A stretch of 64,000 nucleotides of DNA from Gemmatimonadales bacterium (GTDB taxonomy: Bacteria; Gemmatimonadota; Gemmatimonadetes; Gemmatimonadales; GWC2-71-9), in NCBI GenBank assembly GCA_038321865.1, contig JBBQFH010000007.1:64913-128912 (forward strand), read 5' to 3'. The position numbers were made by a program, and so were the translations under genes. The notes beneath the pieces were generated by a model that made no database searches, was not told where the DNA came from, and saw nothing but the letters and a program-made list of their open reading frames with translations. This document shows positions 59,548 to 64,000 of this stretch, piece by piece. Position 1 is the first letter of the stretch, and every line of letters begins with the position of its first letter.

Positions 59548-60681
59548 TCAGCAGGGTCGAACCGCCGCGGTGAGCCGCTCGGCATCGAGCAGATGGCGCA
59601 CCGAGCGCCGCGGCACCGCCATCAGCCCCGCCGCGTCCATGTCGAGCGGCACGACGTCCGCACCCGGTCCGAACCACCGGCTGCTCGGTTCGAGGTCCGA
59701 CGGGTATCCGAACAGCGGCAATGAGGCCGCGGCAAGCGCAACCTGACTTCCGATCCCCGACTCCGGCATCGTCCCGGCCCACAGCATCGCCCCGGCGCGC
59801 CGAGCGAGTTCGTAGATCCGGCAGACCTCGGTCAGGCCGCCAACGCGGTGCACCTTGATATTCCACACCAGCGGCCCGCCCAACTCGACCACCTGTCGCG
59901 CGGCCCGCGCATCCCGCAGCGTCTCGTCGAGGCATACCGCCGTCCGCAGCGCCGCCCCGAGCTGCACATGCCCAACCAGCTCGTCCGGCGGCAGGGGCTG
60001 CTCGATATATAGCAGCCCCGCGTCGTCCAGCGCACGCAACGCGCGCTCATCATCGGGCCATTCGTAGGCGCCGTTCGCATCCACGGTGAGCGGAAGATTT
60101 CGACCGGAAAGGCCGGCACGCGCAGCCGCAACAGGTGCCACATCCCAGCCGGGCATGACCTTGATCTTGACGCGCCGATAGCCCGTTTCGACGGCCGCGC
60201 CGACCCATCGCTCCAGCGTCTCCGCCCTGCGGTCCTCGGGAATACCGAGCGCCACGCCGCACGGCACGCGGTCCGCGGCGACTTCATTCAGCCGCTCGGC
60301 CAGGAGGTCCGCGATGCCGACTCCACGCCGGTCGGCCAGGAGGTCCCACGCCGCGGTCTCGATGGCGGCCCGCGCGAACGGGTTGCCGCGGACACCGACT
60401 CGAAGCACCGCGTCCACGGCGTCGATGTCCGCGAACTCGCGGCCGCTGACGCGGGGAATGAGCGCCCGCTCGAGCAGGTGGCGCGCGCCGCCAAGCGTCT
60501 CCTCGGAGTAAAACGGCAGCTCGAAGGGAGGCGCTTCCCCGTAGCCGATGCCGCCTTCTCCGTCGTGCAGCACCACGAGGAGCGATCGCCGCTCGCGCAT
60601 GACGCCGCCGGAAATAATGAACGGCTCCACCAGCGGCAGCGTGAGCTCGAGGAGCTCGACCCGCTCGATCCGGAAACTCAC
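59548..60681 (-). CDS. Enolase-superfamily enzyme, OSBS/N-acylamino acid racemase-like
   Basis: KIK, DAN, EQP, DE, NIK and GTMPESGIG motifs. Confidence 0.85.
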   Translation of the reverse strand: MSFRIERVELLELTLPLVEPFIISGGVMRERRSLLVVLHDGEGGIGYGEAPPFELPFYSEETLGGARHLLERALIPRVSGREFADIDAVDAVLRVGVRGNPFARAAIETAAWDLLADRRGVGIADLLAERLNEVAADRVPCGVALGIPEDRRAETLERWVGAAVETGYRRVKIKVMPGWDVAPVAAARAGLSGRNLPLTVDANGAYEWPDDERALRALDDAGLLYIEQPLPPDELVGHVQLGAALRTAVCLDETLRDARAARQVVELGGPLVWNIKVHRVGGLTEVCRIYELARRAGAMLWAGTMPESGIGSQVALAAASLPLFGYPSDLEPSSRWFGPGADVVPLDMDAAGLMAVPRRSVRHLLDAERLTAAVRPC

Positions 60682-61811
60682 GCCGCCTCGCGCACCAGAT
60701 CCGCGAAATGGAGCACGCCGCCGCGCCGGGCGAGGGCGCCGGCTGACTCGAGCTCGAGCAGGACGGCGAGGAGTCCGTCGCGCGGGTCGAACACCAATGC
60801 ATGCAGCGCGCGGGCGGTCCGCGAGCCGTTCGCGGCAGGATAGGCGGACAACGGAAGCTGGAAGTAGGTGTGCAGCTGCACGGTGGAGCAGCCCCGGAGC
60901 GCGTAGTCGACGATGGCGCGGCCGGACCCGACGTTCCCGGTCCCTGACAGAGCCACCCTCGGCGCCGGTGCATCGGCCAGGACGCGCAGGTTCCGATCGC
61001 TGAGATCCCAGCCTCCGTAGGCGGCGCCGGCGTCCGCGTCCCACAGGCGGTTGAACACCGTGATCGAGTCGGCGCCGGCCACGGCGTGGAGCATCGCGCG
61101 CTGGAATTCGTCGTCGAAGCGCGCGTTCATCAGCTTCACGCCGATGCGAACATCGCCCCGCGCACCGGCCCGGATGCGGCCCGGCACTTCGGCCAGCCAG
61201 CGGAGAACGGTCATCCGTTCATCGGCCAGCGCATCGCCGGCAAGCGTCGGGGAAAAGTCCTTTTCCACCAGCAGCGGCCCGGGGCCCCACGCATCCTCCA
61301 GCCGGCGCGTGGTGTACACGTATTCGGCGTCGCGAAACGGCTCGTTCGCGAGCGGCAGGTGGTACTTGACTGACGGCACGAGGAGCGGGCCGCCCGCCCG
61401 TGTCAGCGCTCGCGCCGCCCGCACCAGCCCGGTGTAGTCCTCGAGCGAGCGGTCCCATCCCCTTCCCTTCCAGGTAACGGTCCAGCCATCGCGACCGCCG
61501 GCGGAGCGGCGCGTCTCGACCCGCATCCGGGTCTCGTGGACCGCCCACGCCTCCATGCTGCGGGCCCCTGACGCGTCTTCGGCGATCACGGTCTTGAGGA
61601 CCGCAAAGGCGAGCCCGGCGGCTGCATCGGCCTCCAGCTGGTCGATGCGGAGGGACAGCTGCCCCGACCCCTTGCCGATGGGATGCGGAACCGGCTGCCC
61701 CAGAAACCGCGTGGACAGGTCGATACCGTACGCGTCACGTGCATGCCCGAGCCACTCCGTCGGCCAGGCGCGGCCGAAGGCCTCAAAATCACGCTCCAGC
61801 CGCGCGCGCAT
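60678..61811 (-). CDS. FMN TIM-barrel protein, dihydroorotate/dihydropyrimidine dehydrogenase-like
   Basis: PIGKGSG, VLKT, VKL, FNR, YGG..LS, GTGNV, VQLHT parallel DHOD/DPD motifs. Confidence 0.6.
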   Translation of the reverse strand: MRARLERDFEAFGRAWPTEWLGHARDAYGIDLSTRFLGQPVPHPIGKGSGQLSLRIDQLEADAAAGLAFAVLKTVIAEDASGARSMEAWAVHETRMRVETRRSAGGRDGWTVTWKGRGWDRSLEDYTGLVRAARALTRAGGPLLVPSVKYHLPLANEPFRDAEYVYTTRRLEDAWGPGPLLVEKDFSPTLAGDALADERMTVLRWLAEVPGRIRAGARGDVRIGVKLMNARFDDEFQRAMLHAVAGADSITVFNRLWDADAGAAYGGWDLSDRNLRVLADAPAPRVALSGTGNVGSGRAIVDYALRGCSTVQLHTYFQLPLSAYPAANGSRTARALHALVFDPRDGLLAVLLELESAGALARRGGVLHFADLVREAA

Positions 61812-62673
61812 CTCTGACCGCCTGCCGGACCGCGTCACGCTCGCCCGCATCCAAAGCGGGACCCCAGGGGTCGTCGCAGCAATCCTCCGGCAGACTTCCG
61901 TCGGCCGCCGCCGCCCACAGCATGCGCCGCACGTAGCCTTCCATCGGCTCGCGAAACGTCGCCTGGGCGAAGCGATCGCAGACCGCGCCGAGCGCGACGC
62001 CGCGGACCCAGTCGCCGTTCGCAGCCGAGGTGATGAGCCGCGCCTGCAGGTCAGTCAGCGCGGCGCCCATCCCGATCAGCGCCGCGTCGGCGCCGAGCAT
62101 GAGGGAGCAGGCGAGGAACCGGTCCTCCCCCGTGATGAGGAGCTTGCCGGGGTGGCGGCGCACCAGCGCGGCAATGCGCTGGAACGTCATCACGGAATCG
62201 AGCGTGGCGACCTTGATGCCGATCACATTGGGAAGGGCGAGAATGGCGTCCAGCGTTGCATCGTCGTAACTCACTCCGCCGGCGGCTTCGTAGAGCTGAA
62301 ATGCGATGGTGGGGAGCTCGCGGCTGAGCCGGAGGTGGTAGCCGACGGCATCGTGCGCCTGCGGAAACGCGAGAATCGCATCGGCATGGCCGCGGCGCGC
62401 CTCGATCGCCATCGTGATGTCGCGGGCGCCGGCGACGACCACGCGATCGGGCAGCGCGTCGCGCCAGGTCTGCAGCACGGTGCGGCGCTGCTCACCCGAG
62501 AGGTGGGGACCGCGACCGGTATGGGCCCAGATGGCGACGCCGGCCACGGGCTGCGCCGCCATCCAGGCGGCATACGCGCGCTGCGCCTCTTCGGCGAGCT
62601 CCGCGCCGCGGAACGGCACGGGAACGGCCGGGATCAGCCCGTGCCGGATGCGCTCCGCCAGCGGTATCGTCAT
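61789..62673 (-). CDS. Dihydrodipicolinate synthase family (class I aldolase) protein
   Basis: LIPAVPVPF, GIKVA Schiff-base Lys, TGED. Confidence 0.85.
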   Translation of the reverse strand: MTIPLAERIRHGLIPAVPVPFRGAELAEEAQRAYAAWMAAQPVAGVAIWAHTGRGPHLSGEQRRTVLQTWRDALPDRVVVAGARDITMAIEARRGHADAILAFPQAHDAVGYHLRLSRELPTIAFQLYEAAGGVSYDDATLDAILALPNVIGIKVATLDSVMTFQRIAALVRRHPGKLLITGEDRFLACSLMLGADAALIGMGAALTDLQARLITSAANGDWVRGVALGAVCDRFAQATFREPMEGYVRRMLWAAAADGSLPEDCCDDPWGPALDAGERDAVRQAVRDARAAGA

Positions 62674-63440
62674 CCGGCGACCCGCGCCGCGTTGCCCGAC
62701 TCGATGGCCGCGCGGTGCTCGTCGGTGAGATCGAGGAGGTCGAGCTTGGCGATGCTGTTCTCCGGCAGCCGCAGCGGCTGTCCGGTGCCGAACACGAAGC
62801 GGTCGGGGCCGATCGTCGACAGCAGCGTCTCCAGATGATCCTCGGGCGGGCCCCAGAGCCAGCAGATGTCCCACCACAGCCGGTCGGCTTCGTCGGGCGT
62901 CGAGCCGAAGTGGACCTCCTCGACGAAGGCGCGCTCGGCGTGGGTGACCAGGATGCGGAGCCGCGGATCAGAGCGGATGAGCGCGCGCACGGCCGACGGG
63001 GGCAGCTCGTCGGCCCGGTCGTTCGGATGGCGCTGTCTCGCGTCCTCGAACCGCACGCTCAGCATCAGTGCGATACCGGCCGACCCGCACGCCACAGCCA
63101 GCCGGCGCATCTCGTCGCCGTCCGGAGCGAGTCCGTACCGGGTCGGATCGGCGCGCACGGCCGGCGCGCCACGTTCGACCGCCAGCTCGATCGCCTCCTC
63201 CCAGTGCGCCAGGCCGGGATGCACCGCCGGCACCGGCGCAAACCGGGGCGATGCCGCGGCCGCCTCGTAGAGCCACTCGCTGCCTTCGGCCGGATCGCGC
63301 CAGAACACGCCGGGAAGATGGGAGACCCAGGCCTGGTCGATCCCGGTGCGGTCCATGGCGCCGAGTATGTCCCGCGGGGATGTGCCCGGGATCCGGCGCC
63401 AGGGGTAGTCCCCGAGAAAGGCGTTGACGTCGATGCGCAT
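62670..63440 (-). CDS. Amidohydrolase_2 family protein
   Basis: IDVNAF, MDRTGID, FVFGTG. Confidence 0.75.
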   Translation of the reverse strand: MRIDVNAFLGDYPWRRIPGTSPRDILGAMDRTGIDQAWVSHLPGVFWRDPAEGSEWLYEAAAASPRFAPVPAVHPGLAHWEEAIELAVERGAPAVRADPTRYGLAPDGDEMRRLAVACGSAGIALMLSVRFEDARQRHPNDRADELPPSAVRALIRSDPRLRILVTHAERAFVEEVHFGSTPDEADRLWWDICWLWGPPEDHLETLLSTIGPDRFVFGTGQPLRLPENSIAKLDLLDLTDEHRAAIESGNAARVAG

Positions 63441-64000
63441 CAGTCGCTGGTGAAGCTGTCGGGCGGAAAGATGGCGGCCGCGTTCCGCCACCGGATCCAC
63501 TCCATGTCGGCAGGCGGCAGGATCCGCTCGAGATAGCGCAGCTTGGCCCAGCCGGTGTCGATGGTGAGGTCGCAGCCCCAGAGCAGCCGCTCCGCGCCCA
63601 CGGCGCTGAGGCAGTTCTCGAGCATGCCGCCATCGACCCCGCTGCCCGAGAGGTCGACGAAGACGTTGGGGACATCACGCACGGCGTGGAGCGAGTGCAG
63701 CCAGTCGCCCCCACCGCCGATATGCGCCAGGATGAAGTTCACCCGCGGGTGCCGTGCCGCGAGCGCGCACAGCTCGGGCGCATCAGATGCCTCCTGTCCC
63801 GCGTACTCCCGACGGCGGTGCTGCCAGATGTGCTGCAGCACCGGAAAGCCGGACGCGTCAGCGGCGGCGCAGACCGGATCGAGCAGCGGATCGTCGGCCC
63901 GGCGGCTCGCCGCCAGCTTGAGGCCGATCATCCCCGCGGCGGCGCCGCGTGCAATCTCGGCGAGCGCGTGCGTTGTATAGTTCGGGTTGACGGTGACGTA
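63440..64000 (-). CDS. Amidohydrolase_2 family protein (5' end outside window)
   Basis: GLKL, VLQH, LAHIGGG, VDLSG, LWGCD. Confidence 0.85.
   Translation of the reverse strand, partial: YVTVNPNYTTHALAEIARGAAAGMIGLKLAASRRADDPLLDPVCAAADASGFPVLQHIWQHRRREYAGQEASDAPELCALAARHPRVNFILAHIGGGGDWLHSLHAVRDVPNVFVDLSGSGVDGGMLENCLSAVGAERLLWGCDLTIDTGWAKLRYLERILPPADMEWIRWRNAAAIFPPDSFTSD

Noticed and set aside
59548..60681. menC as part of menaquinone biosynthesis
   Set aside because: No other men genes adjacent; context favours a racemase or other enolase-superfamily role, so no symbol assigned
61789..62673. dapA
   Set aside because: Canonical GTTGE pyruvate-binding motif is replaced and there is no lysine pathway context

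Overview
High-GC, densely coding bacterial chromosome segment. Gene content and order resemble Gemmatimonadota (inference, not verified). Core functions: POT peptide transporter, thiO, a SigK/RskA-like ECF module, lipA-pdhA-pdhB-pdhC-lpdA, dnaE-accA-PSP1(ricT)-metG, lemA/TPM, an F1-only atpAGDC operon, mlaEFD and seven tRNAs (none encodes CCA). Accessory stretches follow tRNA-Pro (pseudo-receiver, Met-rich secreted protein, csoR) and tRNA-Arg(CCG) (arsR-arsM-arsN2, DUF72, copD). The window ends in an uncharacterised catabolic-looking operon: two amidohydrolases, a DHDPS-family lyase, a DHOD/DPD-like flavoprotein with an altered active site and an enolase-superfamily enzyme. Signals not evident from the ORF track: (i) a structured intergenic locus at about 38865-39090 with a 12-nt perfect complement of the 16S rRNA 3' end directly before a 21-codon sORF; (ii) a lipB reduced to 56 codons by an apparent internal deletion; (iii) a decayed hisIE relic before dnaE; (iv) a perfect CRP box and CsoR/ArsR operator candidates. 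I saw no CRISPR array, rRNA, integrase or transposase. All calls are by eye from motifs; no database searches were run.
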